Positions 1-10,059 of a stretch of 64,000 nucleotides of DNA are shown one piece after another. The DNA comes from an uncultured Hyphomicrobiales bacterium (GTDB lineage Bacteria; Pseudomonadota; Alphaproteobacteria; Rhizobiales; Xanthobacteraceae): the NCBI GenBank assembly GCA_964581435.1, contig CAZOOO010000001.1, positions 3,972-67,971 on the forward strand, in the 5' to 3' direction. The first letter of the stretch is position 1, and each line of letters opens with the position of its first letter. The notes beneath the pieces were generated by a model, which ran no database searches, had not been told where the DNA came from, and saw only the letters and a program-made list of their open reading frames with translations. The position numbers and the translations under genes were made by a program.

Positions 1-1
1 C

Positions 2-910
2 AAGCCCGTCTTTATGCTTTCTGAACTGTTCACCAAGTACGAGGAAGCCACGACCCATGAGGTTATGGACCTTTCGCCAGACCAGTTGCGGATATGGAGA
101 AATGGCAAGATTCGCGCCGTAAAATATTTTGTTGAGGTGGTTGGGGATAAAGCAATTACAAGCCTGACCTGCGATGATGGTTTCAAGTACCGAGAAAAGT
201 GGCGTGAGAGAGTCGTCGAGAAGGGTTTGACCGCCAAGTCGGCAAACAAAGACATTGGGCAAATCAATCGTATGTTGAAGGCGATGAGCACGCTCCATCG
301 TCTGGGTATCCCCGATATCTTCAAGGGTCTCTACCTCAAGGGAGAGGTGGAGAAACAGCGGATGCCGTTCGAGCAATGCTACGTCCAAAAGACGCTGCTG
401 GCTCCTGGTGCGTTGGATGGGCTCAATGAAGATGCCCGTTTTATCTTCTATGTGCTCGCTGATACTGGTCTTCGACCATCCGAAGTCTGCAACCTCACGA
501 ATGCGACCATCCACCTCAAGGTCGAAATTCCGTATGTGAGCATCGTTCCTGACGGCAGGCGCCTCAAAACAAAAGATTCGGAGCGCGACATCCCATTGGT
601 TGGTGCGGCCCTTGCGGCTATGAAAAGGCGTCCGAACGGCTTTGAAAGATACCGGGACAAATCCTCCAGCCTGTCGGCCACGATTAATAAATTCTTGGAA
701 GAGAACAATCTGAAGCCGACTAATAACCACACTGTCTACTCGCTGCGGCACAGTTTCAAGGATCGGCTTGTGGCCGCAGAGGCTCCCGATAGTCTCATCG
801 ACAATCTCATGGGTCATAAGACACACAAACCTAAATATGGGACTGGCCCGTCGTTAGCACTGAAACTAAAATATCTTCAGCAGATAGCCTTCAAGGCGCC
901 GTTTCTATAG
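2..910 (+). CDS. int: Tyrosine recombinase/integrase (5' end probably beyond window)
   Basis: Catalytic motifs TGLRPSE (R), SLRHSF (RH), LMGH, downstream Y; frame is open to the window edge. Confidence 0.92.
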   Translation, partial: KPVFMLSELFTKYEEATTHEVMDLSPDQLRIWRNGKIRAVKYFVEVVGDKAITSLTCDDGFKYREKWRERVVEKGLTAKSANKDIGQINRMLKAMSTLHRLGIPDIFKGLYLKGEVEKQRMPFEQCYVQKTLLAPGALDGLNEDARFIFYVLADTGLRPSEVCNLTNATIHLKVEIPYVSIVPDGRRLKTKDSERDIPLVGAALAAMKRRPNGFERYRDKSSSLSATINKFLEENNLKPTNNHTVYSLRHSFKDRLVAAEAPDSLIDNLMGHKTHKPKYGTGPSLALKLKYLQQIAFKAPFL

Positions 911-1116
911 GATTCCAACAACTGCCTTGCTCGCATCCTAGTGGCGTTCTTTCGACGCATCTCGTCCAACAGTTCCTCGCATTTCTCATACATGGGGAGA
1001 TGCGCATCGCCATGCACTTCAAAAAAATACGCGAGAAGCACTAACGCTCGTTCTAGTCTTTCGATTGTTACCGGTTCTGAGTACGCCTTAATTTCAACGC
1101 CGTCTAACAAGGACAT
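877..1116 (-). CDS. Small hypothetical protein convergent with and overlapping the integrase 3' end
   Basis: 79-aa helical ORF. Confidence 0.6.
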   Translation of the reverse strand: MSLLDGVEIKAYSEPVTIERLERALVLLAYFFEVHGDAHLPMYEKCEELLDEMRRKNATRMRARQLLESYRNGALKAIC

Positions 1117-1460
1117 TCTGTCTTATGCTCAGGTACGCTTACTAAGTCGTCGACTCGCTATTCCGAGTTCTTGACATGTCTTTAGTCTGGAGGCTTCACC
1201 CGCCATCCATGCCGATCCAGTATCTCGGCTAGTAGATGGAGGATAAAACAGTCGAGATCGGCCTCCCCCTTCATCTACCGCTCCGGCTCGGGGGAGTTGG
1301 TCGCGTCATGATGTGATGGACCATCACAGGCCAGAACATGATGGCTATTGCGGAAATAGCTATCGATGGCGCTGAACTACGCTTGCAGCCGATCACGAAG
1401 AACGTGATCCCGTAGCCAACGTGCGCTGCGAGAAATCCGATCCAAAAGGCGTCCATCCCC

Positions 1461-1691
1461 TTACCCTTCCGATCCGGGGCGGGTTTCCGCTCTACAATCT
1501 GCCTGCCCATCGTAAATGGGGAATGCAAGCCACTGCTTTTCGGTGAGCACAAATGGAGTGCATTGCGGTCGGCGCACCATCACGTAGCCCTTGCCGTGCG
1601 CCATGTATGTCACCTTAGACCATGCTTGGTCAGATCGCCCGACCGCGAAGCTGTGTCCAAAGCGAGGGCGTGTGTCGAAAGCCGCTTTCAT
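1461..1691 (-). CDS. Hypothetical phage protein
   Basis: 76-aa ORF; start overlaps stop of upstream gene in leftward operon. Confidence 0.6.
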   Translation of the reverse strand: MKAAFDTRPRFGHSFAVGRSDQAWSKVTYMAHGKGYVMVRRPQCTPFVLTEKQWLAFPIYDGQADCRAETRPGSEG

Positions 1692-2218
1692 CCTTCACCC
1701 CCGGTTTCTTCGGTCAGGGCTGCGCGGCCGGCGAACCACGGAACGGTCCACGGCGCTAAGAACGTGTTGTAGGATGTCATAAGCGGGTGCCGAGGGTGGC
1801 CGTCCGCGTTCACCCCGATACAGTTGAGGCGCACTCCGACGCGATCTGCGATCCGAACAACCTCTCGCCAGCGAGCGCGCAACACTTCCGGGATTTTACC
1901 CATAGTACCCCACGCGGCGACATGAATGTCAGCGTCTCGCAGTATCTGCTCGATATGCTTGTCGTTATCCGGCCCGATGGGGTCACGAGTGGTCCGCAAG
2001 CCGTTGATGTCGGTCGAGCGAAACGCGAACTTGTTCCCGACGATGATGCGCTCTCGGTTTAACCTCGCAGCAAAGCCGAGGCATTTCCTGATTGTCGCGT
2101 CGTCATCAACGGCGTCGGCAGTTGATGGGTTGACCATGATGAAGGCGACCGCGCGTCCTGTCCCGCGTTCCAGCCGGTAGCGGTATAGGCCACAATCGGA
2201 AATGACTGCCGATCTCAT
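1688..2218 (-). CDS. DUF1643 family protein (copy 1)
   Basis: SAVISDCGLYRYRL, FIMVNPSTADA..DD.TIRKC, AAWG, GHPRHPL; start reassigned to ATG 2218. Confidence 0.88.
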   Translation of the reverse strand: MRSAVISDCGLYRYRLERGTGRAVAFIMVNPSTADAVDDDATIRKCLGFAARLNRERIIVGNKFAFRSTDINGLRTTRDPIGPDNDKHIEQILRDADIHVAAWGTMGKIPEVLRARWREVVRIADRVGVRLNCIGVNADGHPRHPLMTSYNTFLAPWTVPWFAGRAALTEETGGEG

Positions 2219-2790
2219 CACTTCCCACCCCCGTTGCTGCTGGCGGCGTTGAGCATGGCAATCCATGCGTCGCAGATGTCTTGCTTGCATGTTGTCCCCA
2301 CGCCGTCGTCTATTTGCGACGGGTGATCTGGAATGTGCGTAGCCTGACCGTTGCGGCACCAATCGATCTCGTGGTGTCCGGCCCATATCATCGCCTCAGT
2401 TGGCTCCCTAGGCACCACAACGTAATCCCCACTCGCTGGGGAGAGGTCGAGTTGGCGGACCTCTTGTGCGGCCCACCCCATGGCGTCGATAACGCCAGTC
2501 TCGTAGACATCAGCAACGGTCATATCTTCCTTCCACTGGTCGCTAGGCTTGAAGCGGTCAGGCTGCGCGTATGACTCGATGATCGCCACACACCGTTCCT
2601 TCATCTCCGCCACCGCACTCGCTGGGACCAGTGCGCCGGATGCGATGGCGGCTTCGATGCAGGCTTTGGCGGTGCTGCGGCAGTGCGCCCGGTATGAGCC
2701 TTCAGTATCCTCGAAAGGATACTTTCGGTCATCTCCTTCCGACCAGTGAGCGTCAATCGCCCTAGCCCCGGCCTCGATCGCGTCGGTCAT
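2218..2790 (-). CDS. Hypothetical phage protein
   Basis: 190 aa, contains VVVPREPTEAM motif common in phage early proteins. Confidence 0.75.
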   Translation of the reverse strand: MTDAIEAGARAIDAHWSEGDDRKYPFEDTEGSYRAHCRSTAKACIEAAIASGALVPASAVAEMKERCVAIIESYAQPDRFKPSDQWKEDMTVADVYETGVIDAMGWAAQEVRQLDLSPASGDYVVVPREPTEAMIWAGHHEIDWCRNGQATHIPDHPSQIDDGVGTTCKQDICDAWIAMLNAASSNGGGK

Positions 2791-2869
2791 GGCTTTACTC
2801 CAATGGCTTCACGTATTTCCGCGCTGCCGCCAGGTGAGTATTCGCGATGCTTAAATTCCGACATCCACC

Positions 2870-3484
2870 TCACTCCCCTTGCTTGGTGACAGCGCGAGCG
2901 GCGCGAGTGTGCATAGGCTCAAGCGTTCGACAAGAGCGGCAGTAGGATGACCCGTCGTCGGCCCAATTCGCCTTATCGTGCAGGATTTCCTCGCCGCAAT
3001 CGTCGCAGATCGTGTGTTGCGGCAACCGCTTCAGCGCCGCTCTAGCCTCATCACGCTCGCGCCGAAGCGTGGTCACCAAGACAACAGCCTCGGAATGTGA
3101 AGCTATGCCATTGTCGCGAAGTGTCTGCTCGTGACGCTGGAATGCCTCCATGTCGCGCCCCCTGTCGGCAAGCTGCTTTGCCATGGCGCGGTGAGCATCG
3201 TTGGCGGCTTCAAGCTCGCGCTCGGTGGTCTCGGCGCGGGCTCTCAACTTTCCTTCGTGGTCAATTTCGACATCACCTGCGCCGTCGATGAATACAAAAT
3301 TGCCATCCTTTGAGAGAGGAACGCACCCGTTCAACATGCTGTTGAGGCGCTCTATTTCTTTGGCTTGCGCCTCAAGGGTGATGACGGCTTCTTGCCGCAC
3401 GTCGAAGGTTGGATCAAATTCCTCTAACCCAAACTTAGGTGCAGGTTTACGCAGCCGTTCAACGAGGTCGGACGTGTCGGTCAT
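2870..3484 (-). CDS. Hypothetical phage protein (Ead-like start DLVERLR, C-terminal CxxC pairs)
   Basis: Start MTDTSDLVERLR at 3484, coiled coil, CDDC..CRSC. Confidence 0.7.
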   Translation of the reverse strand: MTDTSDLVERLRKPAPKFGLEEFDPTFDVRQEAVITLEAQAKEIERLNSMLNGCVPLSKDGNFVFIDGAGDVEIDHEGKLRARAETTERELEAANDAHRAMAKQLADRGRDMEAFQRHEQTLRDNGIASHSEAVVLVTTLRRERDEARAALKRLPQHTICDDCGEEILHDKANWADDGSSYCRSCRTLEPMHTRAARAVTKQGE

Positions 3485-3684
3485 GGTCGCAAATCCATAT
3501 ATAGCGCCCATGCCCACAGGAACGGCGCAAACAAGATTGAAGCCGGAAGGTAGAAAATCAGCAATGCAGACCAGCCCTCGCATCGACCTCGGCTGCACCA
3601 TGCGATCGGCGCGCCGCCATGCCGAAGACACGACAGCCAGAAGCAAACGCCAGCCGTAGCCCAAACGGCGAGTGCGATCGTCAT
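3481..3684 (-). CDS. Small membrane protein
   Basis: Two hydrophobic segments, coupled start/stop. Confidence 0.6.
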   Translation of the reverse strand: MTIALAVWATAGVCFWLSCLRHGGAPIAWCSRGRCEGWSALLIFYLPASILFAPFLWAWALYMDLRP

Positions 3685-3897
3685 TCACCGATCCTCCCGT
3701 TCGAGTGCGCGGCGGCCGACGTCAGACAGAATATGCCAGCCGCCTGGACCGACGCGTAGGTAATCAAGGCCAAGAGCACGATTGACCTGCCTCATGTTGA
3801 ACAAGTAGGGAGGCCGAACGAGGCGGTTCGGATTGCGCTCGTTGTCTCTGTAGTATTCGAGACAGGCGCGCATGGCCTTTGTCATGTCACCGCTCAT
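3685..3897 (-). CDS. Hypothetical protein
   Basis: MSGDMTKAM start, tightly packed in operon. Confidence 0.6.
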   Translation of the reverse strand: MSGDMTKAMRACLEYYRDNERNPNRLVRPPYLFNMRQVNRALGLDYLRVGPGGWHILSDVGRRALEREDR

Positions 3898-4106
3898 TCT
3901 GGCACCCCAGGCAGGCGTTGAGGCTTGGTAGCCTTTAGGCAAACCCTGCAAGTGACACGGCTGCGCTCTCGAACGGCATCAAAGATGTAATCCCCGTCCG
4001 TGTATTCGTCGGGACAGGTCTCTTTCCATCCCTCTTTGCCGCATCCGGTCTTAATATGCGTCGGCCCTACGTTGCCAACAGCGATCCAGTGGATTTTGTT
4101 GGCCAT
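3894..4106 (-). CDS. Small Cys/His protein
   Basis: MANKIHW...CG...VTCRVC. Confidence 0.6.
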   Translation of the reverse strand: MANKIHWIAVGNVGPTHIKTGCGKEGWKETCPDEYTDGDYIFDAVRERSRVTCRVCLKATKPQRLPGVPE

Positions 4107-4107
4107 C

Positions 4108-5187
4108 TCATTCACCCCCGCGTAGGGCGAGGATGACGTCGGAAATGCGTATCGCAAAATTGGATAGGTCGAACCCGGCGTGGTAAGTTCTCCATGTGGT
4201 TTCACCTTCGCGCATACACATAGGAACACCATCCTTGTGCATCTGTTCAAGCTCGGCGGATACTGCTCGCGCAATGGCCTCGCGGTCTGGCGGGGCGGGG
4301 TCTGAGGGGCCGGGCGCTACTTCCGGCTCTGCTGCGCAGGACGTGTCGGTCGGGTGCACTCCGGTGGCCGAGCACTTCGCGGGAGCGACTTGCCCACCTC
4401 CCTCAGATTTCTTGCTATCGCTGTCGTGATCGTCGCCCGCGCGAGAGATTTCTTTCGCCGCATCCTCGGCCGCGTTCCAAAACTCTTCCTGCAAAAACCT
4501 CTCGGAGACGCGGCCTTTTAGGACCATGTATGTGTGATTGTAGATCGTCTGATGGATGGACTCGGTGTCCAACGCCTCGCGCATCCTCGACGAAGGCGGG
4601 GGCGCGGGCTTGTTTAGCGCGTCTGTAAGTTGTTCACGAAACAGGAAAGCCCAATCTCCGAGCGGTCCAGACGGTAACTTGCCCATTGCGACAAGGCCGT
4701 CTCGGATATGCTCAATCCACCAACGCTGAAAAGTGACCTGACCAGCCTCCTGATCGCTCTGCAGCTGGGTGAGGGCTTCAAGCCGATCACGTTCAGCCAA
4801 TACCAACTTAGTGTTTGCTACACGAAGAACCTTGTTTTCAGCTAACGCCTCCTCCAACGCCTCGGTATATAATTCGCGTGAAACCTCCGATCTATGCCCG
4901 TTCCAGAATTGTTTTTCTCGCCACACAACATGGCCGGAAATCGGGTCGTGGTGCTGCCACTGACGAGCTACAGGCTCCGCATCATTCTGCGGGCACGAAC
5001 ACGCGCCGGGCGTTGGACAGCCGCGCGGCTCTGAGCCAGAGGACTGCGGCTGGGCGAGGGCGGCGCGAGCTTCATCGCACAGAATGGTTGCGGTCTTACG
5101 GTGCTGTTCTGGTAACAGGCCAAACTCAATGGCGTTCGCCCAACCATCAGCCGACCTTCGCAGCGCCTCTCTCAGCTTATCGCTCAT
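4108..5187 (-). CDS. Mosaic hypothetical phage protein containing an in-frame tRNA-like element
   Basis: 359 aa; EPVA..W and GCPTPGACSC motifs; low-complexity segment encoded by 4301-4407. Confidence 0.75.
   Translation of the reverse strand: MSDKLREALRRSADGWANAIEFGLLPEQHRKTATILCDEARAALAQPQSSGSEPRGCPTPGACSCPQNDAEPVARQWQHHDPISGHVVWREKQFWNGHRSEVSRELYTEALEEALAENKVLRVANTKLVLAERDRLEALTQLQSDQEAGQVTFQRWWIEHIRDGLVAMGKLPSGPLGDWAFLFREQLTDALNKPAPPPSSRMREALDTESIHQTIYNHTYMVLKGRVSERFLQEEFWNAAEDAAKEISRAGDDHDSDSKKSEGGGQVAPAKCSATGVHPTDTSCAAEPEVAPGPSDPAPPDREAIARAVSAELEQMHKDGVPMCMREGETTWRTYHAGFDLSNFAIRISDVILALRGGE
4301..4407 (-). ncRNA. tRNA-like cloverleaf element (copy 1), inside CDS
   Basis: Closing stem UCUGAGGG/CCCUCAGA; D-like GUGGG-CAAGUCGCU-CCCGC; T-like GCCGG-AAGUAGCGC-CCGGC stacked on closing stem. 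Confidence 0.65.
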
Positions 5188-5336
5188 GAGCGTGGATCCT
5201 TAAGAGCTTTCACAAGCTTTCGAACGTAGTTCCAACTAACTTTTTGATGCGGGAACTTGTCCTGGCATGACCGCCATATGACCTCAGCGTCACTGGTTTC
5301 TTTGAAGCATTCGGCAACCCACTGTTTGATTTTCAT
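5184..5336 (-). CDS. Small hypothetical protein (below ORF-track cutoff)
   Basis: MKIKQWVAECFKE...; stop overlaps next ATG. Confidence 0.5.
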   Translation of the reverse strand: MKIKQWVAECFKETSDAEVIWRSCQDKFPHQKVSWNYVRKLVKALKDPRS

Positions 5337-5650
5337 GACCCATGTCCCTCCTGCTCTTCCGGCTTTGCGAGGATGGTGCGGGCCATGGCGATTAGCTTGC
5401 GCCCGGCTTCGCGCAATTCGAAGCCTTCCGCAGCGTGACCCCGCCGTGAGCTTTGGATTTAGTGCGGATGATCTTCGTCACGTCTCTATCTCCCGGATGG
5501 TGTGATTGAATGGCGGTGGTGTGCGGATATCGCTATGAATTCAGCACGTCGCGAAGCACATCGAGATCGCGTTCGAACTCGTCTGCATCCATGTCGGGCA
5601 CCAAAGAAGGACACTTATCGAACTGTTTGATCTGACAGATCGATTTATTG

Positions 5651-5848
5651 TCATCGTCTGGCATGGGATGACTCCCGGTTAATACGAGAAAGCTTCGCAC
5701 GTAGCTTTGCTATCGCTGACTGAAATCGAGCCGCCATCTTTGAACCGTCTTCGGTTGAAAGGTCGAATACAGGACCGTCTCCATCATGATCAGCGGCATG
5801 AAGAATAGCGCTGATCTCCCCGGCTTTGAGTGATAGGCGTCTGCTCAT
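5651..5848 (-). CDS. Hypothetical protein
   Basis: 65 aa, coupled in operon. Confidence 0.55.
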   Translation of the reverse strand: MSRRLSLKAGEISAILHAADHDGDGPVFDLSTEDGSKMAARFQSAIAKLRAKLSRINRESSHARR

Positions 5849-6177
5849 GGAGTATCGGTCTCGGTGCTATCTGCGGATGTCTCAAGTGCAGAGATAAGAC
5901 AGTCGGCGTGAACGACCGCTACCTTGGCAAGAAAGTCTGCCGAACCATCCATGTTTGGATTAGAGACCATTCCAGCGAATATGGCGGTCGCCATATAGTC
6001 GCGCCTCGATATATCCATCGTTCCAGTGATCGATCTCTGTCTGCTCTTCTGATCTAAAGAGGACATTTCCTTACGAATATCGTTCAGTATGTCCTCAGAC
6101 GATCGGCAATCGTCCAACCCGTAAGCTGTGATGTCTTGTATCGTTTGGAGGATTTCGTCGTATTCATCGACGGTCAT
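5845..6177 (-). CDS. Hypothetical phage protein
   Basis: RRDYMA.A..AG...ADCL motif typical of small phage proteins. Confidence 0.6.
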   Translation of the reverse strand: MTVDEYDEILQTIQDITAYGLDDCRSSEDILNDIRKEMSSLDQKSRQRSITGTMDISRRDYMATAIFAGMVSNPNMDGSADFLAKVAVVHADCLISALETSADSTETDTP

Positions 6178-6181
6178 AAGA

Positions 6182-7855
6182 TTACCTAATGTCAGGGTTG
6201 ATGGAGAATGATCCGTTTGTCTCAACAATAAGGTCGAGAGCCTTCAGTTCGCGGAGTCCAGAACCGAGACCGCTTGATGTCGGGCTCACATTCGCTGCGA
6301 CGGCAACCTGTTCTTTTGATATGGGGCGCGTGGATCCAGCGATCGCATTAAGCATCGCTGCGTAGCTTGGAGGGAGCTTTGCAGCAAATTCCTGAATTGG
6401 GTCGACGCCAGGGCCAACGTCAGATGCGAGGCCGGGCGCGCTCGTTAGGCGTCCATCATCCCGCCTCGTCACCTCGCCGGACTCTTCCACCTGCTTGCGA
6501 TAGCTGCGGAAGGCGCTAGAGCGTGGTGAGACAGCAGCTCGGAGCGCAGCCGCTTGAAAAGTAAGCGCGACTGGGTGAGAACGATGGATAACGTCTAGAA
6601 TTTTGCGTACGGTCGGGGATGGTGGGCGCTGGTCATGTGTTTGCCGCGGCGCCTCCATCCGATGAATTGCACGATGACCGACCGCTGTAACTGTCCTAAA
6701 GTTGGCTGCAACGGGTCTCATTTCACTTTCGTCTGGAACATGAAGCGCTTCCAATGCATCGATTCCAGACTGAATGGCCGACTTGAACCCTGTCACGAAA
6801 CCACGGGCGTAACCTTCACTATCGCCGGTCGCGCGACCATCAATGAAGCCACGATGCTCCGCCTCATTGATCTCACTGGGATCTGGCGTCTTGTTAGAGG
6901 ATGCGATCTGCGTCCTTAGTCGAGCGTTTTCAGCCCGAAGCGCCTTGGGGTCATTTTCCTTGGCCGACGCCTGAACCAACGCCAACTTATCTTTTAGGAT
7001 GCCGAGATCGAGCGGACGCAAGGATGTCGAATGCTTCTTCTCGCCACGCTTCGGTGCCCGCGACGAGTCGTAGGTTTTCTTGAGCGGGAACGAGACGGTT
7101 TCAAGGATTCCGCGACCCGGTATCCAGACAACGCCTTGTCCGCGAGGCATCGAGGGTAGGGAAGCAAGGATTGCCTTGCCCTGCTGCTGATCGGCTTGGC
7201 CTTCAATCCAAGAGCCGATCGCCGACCGATCTTGACTGGACGTCAACTTAAGGGCGATGAGCCCGTCCGCCTGACTCAACACATCTTTGGAAACGACTGC
7301 TGGACGTTGCGTAATAAACCACGGCACGAAGCCCTTGACGCGACCGCGACGGACGACGGTTTCCATCATGCCGAGTAGTTTTGCGGCCTCGCCGTCCTTA
7401 TCCATTAAGCGCTGCGGAGCGAACATGTCGCACTCGTCTACGACAAGATGAATCTGCTCTCCCTTCACGTTGCGGTACAGCGCCGTAAGGAAATGGAGCA
7501 TGAATCGACGCTCGCCAGCCTTCGTCCCGATCCCGCTTAAATCAATGATGCAGGATTCCGCCATTCCAGCGACTGTCTCGCCGATAACCTGTCCATGGTG
7601 CTCACCGAGCGGCAAATCTCCGTGCTCGCCGCCAAAGATCGGTACGCTATAAGGAGACGGCGTAATCCCGTCAGGAAGAAGCCTGAGCCCCCAAAGTACA
7701 CCGAGCGGGTCAATGACAACGACTCGCGAACCGCGATCCAGTAGCCTTTCCACGGCTGCGCTGGCGGCATACGACTTTCCAGAGCCAGAGACGCCAACAA
7801 AGGCGAGACGGTCATCGAGCGCGGAGTCCGGGATCGGGAAGGACATAAAGGACAA
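6182..7855 (-). CDS. HerA/FtsK-like P-loop ATPase with coiled coil and possible C-terminal HTHs
   Basis: Walker A GVSGSGKS, VVIDPLG, Walker B LVVDECD, RRGR.KG, ITQRP. Confidence 0.85.
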   Translation of the reverse strand: MSFMSFPIPDSALDDRLAFVGVSGSGKSYAASAAVERLLDRGSRVVVIDPLGVLWGLRLLPDGITPSPYSVPIFGGEHGDLPLGEHHGQVIGETVAGMAESCIIDLSGIGTKAGERRFMLHFLTALYRNVKGEQIHLVVDECDMFAPQRLMDKDGEAAKLLGMMETVVRRGRVKGFVPWFITQRPAVVSKDVLSQADGLIALKLTSSQDRSAIGSWIEGQADQQQGKAILASLPSMPRGQGVVWIPGRGILETVSFPLKKTYDSSRAPKRGEKKHSTSLRPLDLGILKDKLALVQASAKENDPKALRAENARLRTQIASSNKTPDPSEINEAEHRGFIDGRATGDSEGYARGFVTGFKSAIQSGIDALEALHVPDESEMRPVAANFRTVTAVGHRAIHRMEAPRQTHDQRPPSPTVRKILDVIHRSHPVALTFQAAALRAAVSPRSSAFRSYRKQVEESGEVTRRDDGRLTSAPGLASDVGPGVDPIQEFAAKLPPSYAAMLNAIAGSTRPISKEQVAVAANVSPTSSGLGSGLRELKALDLIVETNGSFSINPDIR

Positions 7856-7858
7856 TCC

Positions 7859-8401
7859 TCAGAACTTAACCAAAGGAGTGTCACTGGCCAGATAGAGCGG
7901 GTGACGCGGCATTCCGGACTTGGTTAGCCCAAAGCAATGGAGGGTTCGCCCATCCTCCCGCAGAACGCTTTCAACCTCGGATGCATACCGTTTCAGCTTG
8001 TAGTGGACCGCTCCCCAGCAGCAGACAATGAGCGATGACCTGCTGGCCTGATTTCTGATGACATTGATGTTCTCAGGTATGGACGGCTCTACGTCTGGCG
8101 AAAGCAGATCCTTCGGGAAAGTCGCTCGGTAAGACATGACATTGCATTTCACCATCGCGGAGAATCCCCAACGCCTTGTGAAATTCCACTCACGGCGAAC
8201 AGTCGGGTCATCAATTTGGCTCGATGCGACCGAAGGATTCATACCAACAAACAGGACGTAAGGCTCAACGATCTCGCTTACGCCTAACTGTCGAGACAGC
8301 ATCAAGCGGTGACAGTCATTTTCTCCAGCGAAAACAGCCTTACCGAAAACATCATCGGTAACAGCATAACGAATCGCCCCTCCTGGATCATGGATGTTCA
8401 C
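7859..8401 (-). CDS. DUF1643 family protein (copy 2)
   Basis: FVGMNPSVA...DDPTVRR, CCWG, GLTKSGMPRHPLY. Confidence 0.88.
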   Translation of the reverse strand: MNIHDPGGAIRYAVTDDVFGKAVFAGENDCHRLMLSRQLGVSEIVEPYVLFVGMNPSVASSQIDDPTVRREWNFTRRWGFSAMVKCNVMSYRATFPKDLLSPDVEPSIPENINVIRNQASRSSLIVCCWGAVHYKLKRYASEVESVLREDGRTLHCFGLTKSGMPRHPLYLASDTPLVKF

Positions 8402-9336
8402 GCGGACCTCGCATCAAACTGCGGCTGACCGCTCTTCAACAAGGCTTCCTTCCTTGCGGCACAGGCGTCGATCAGGCGTTTGTATTCTGGCTGGTCGACA
8501 GTGATTCCAAGACGTTCACGAGTACCCATTGTCCCGTGATACCAATGGCGCAGGTCGTCTACAGTGGCCGCTGACGCGATTCCTGACGTGCTGGCTGCCA
8601 TGAATGCCTTGACCGCCTCATCGCGCTCCTTGGCCTTCTTATCCGCTCTGCGCTTGATTTCCTGCTTTGCGGTCCAACGCCAGTCATCGCCCATCTTGTG
8701 GTCGCCGGTTGCGATCCATTCGACATAGCCATCAACGGCATCAGCGATTGGCTTCCCTCTATCTTTCCCGAAGTTAAACTTGGTGAGGACAGGCCGTTCC
8801 TCGCTCCATTTCAGCAAAGTCTCGACCGGCTGGTGTTTCAACAGTTCAACCAGAAGGACTCCGCAGACATAGGCATCGGCTAAAGCGCGGTGCGGCGGGA
8901 ACGCGATGTCGCGGTCAACGTCGAGCCCGAGCGAGTAGCGTAGGAATTGAAGGCTATGGGATTCCTGATCCGGCCATTGGCGGAGGGCGCATTTCCACGT
9001 ACAAATCCATCGCGCGGTAAACAGCGGGTCGAAGTGCATCCGTTCAAAGGCAGCGTTTTGAGCGACGAAGATGAAGCCATCTACGGAATTGCCATCCAGA
9101 ACCCTAGGCCACGAGTCAGCCCACGGCGGCTTATCCTTCACGTCGCTATCTACGATATGATGCACCGCCGATGCTTGAGCCGGTATCGGACGAGCGGGAC
9201 GGACAAGGAATGACACACCGCTGCCCATGTCCACAGCGGACATATCGGGGAATAGGTTGCAGAAACCAACTTCGACGACCTCGTCGGAAGGCTCCAGTCC
9301 CGTCGTTTCCGTGTCGATGCATCTTAGCGTCGTCAT
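8398..9336 (-). CDS. DEDDh 3'-5' exonuclease (ExoX-like)
   Basis: IDTETTG, AQNAAFE, HRALADA, FNFGK; start at MTTLRC 9336. Confidence 0.88.
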   Translation of the reverse strand: MTTLRCIDTETTGLEPSDEVVEVGFCNLFPDMSAVDMGSGVSFLVRPARPIPAQASAVHHIVDSDVKDKPPWADSWPRVLDGNSVDGFIFVAQNAAFERMHFDPLFTARWICTWKCALRQWPDQESHSLQFLRYSLGLDVDRDIAFPPHRALADAYVCGVLLVELLKHQPVETLLKWSEERPVLTKFNFGKDRGKPIADAVDGYVEWIATGDHKMGDDWRWTAKQEIKRRADKKAKERDEAVKAFMAASTSGIASAATVDDLRHWYHGTMGTRERLGITVDQPEYKRLIDACAARKEALLKSGQPQFDARSA

Positions 9337-9761
9337 CTTGCTTTCTTGTCCTTCACCTTCTTCGGAAACGGCCTCGACGGCCACTTTGTCTTCGGCCATT
9401 TAGAAGTCTTCACTTCGTCGCGGCGCTCGGCTTTCATTGTCATTGCTTCGACGTGAGCGACTTCGGACTTTGCTATCCGCTTTGATTTTGCGATGCGCGG
9501 AACGTCGATTTTTGCTGTCTTCTCGCGATGCTCCGCCTTCAAGAGTGGAGTGAGATTCCAGTGAGAATCCTCGCCTCCATGAGCGACAGGAATGACATGG
9601 TCCCATTCGTAGAGCGCGAGAACCTGGTCTTCCGTCATTCGCTTCGAGTCTTCATAGGAGATGACTTTCTTCCATCTCCCGTTCTCATCTGGGCGAACGA
9701 AGGTGCAGATGGCCGCTGCCAGTTTTGTCTTAAGTCCGATGTGCTTGCGAACGGCCATCAA
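9333..9761 (-). CDS. HNH endonuclease
   Basis: EWDHVIPVAHGG...NL..L...HREKT. Confidence 0.85.
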   Translation of the reverse strand: MMAVRKHIGLKTKLAAAICTFVRPDENGRWKKVISYEDSKRMTEDQVLALYEWDHVIPVAHGGEDSHWNLTPLLKAEHREKTAKIDVPRIAKSKRIAKSEVAHVEAMTMKAERRDEVKTSKWPKTKWPSRPFPKKVKDKKAR

Positions 9762-9821
9762 GGTTATTCCGAGACCGCGAACTTGAACCCATACATGCGC
9801 ATGATGAGATCGCCAGTCATA

Positions 9822-9995
9822 TCAATCCCTGCAATCTGGACAAAAATGGCACCAATCATTCCCGACCTTCTTCGTCCGCCATCCATCTCGCTTTGCTGCG
9901 CTCCAAGCGTCGGCAAATTCATCCATGCCGTGCTCGAATGTCTCTCCGCAGGAATCACACTCGAAAACGACGTTCCCGTATTGCCGGTCGATCAT
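9822..9995 (-). CDS. Small zinc-ribbon protein (not in ORF track)
   Basis: MIDRQYGNVVFECDSCGE...GW...HFCPDCRD. Confidence 0.65.
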   Translation of the reverse strand: MIDRQYGNVVFECDSCGETFEHGMDEFADAWSAAKRDGWRTKKVGNDWCHFCPDCRD

Positions 9996-10059
9996 GGCCG
10001 ATCCCTATCCGGTGCCGCTGCGTTGCGACTGCGAAGAATCGTCTTGGCTGAGATCGTGG

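Noticed and set aside
6182-7855. Known HerA defence system (SIR2-HerA, NurA-HerA)
   Set aside because: No cognate partner adjacent, and it lies in the lytic early operon.
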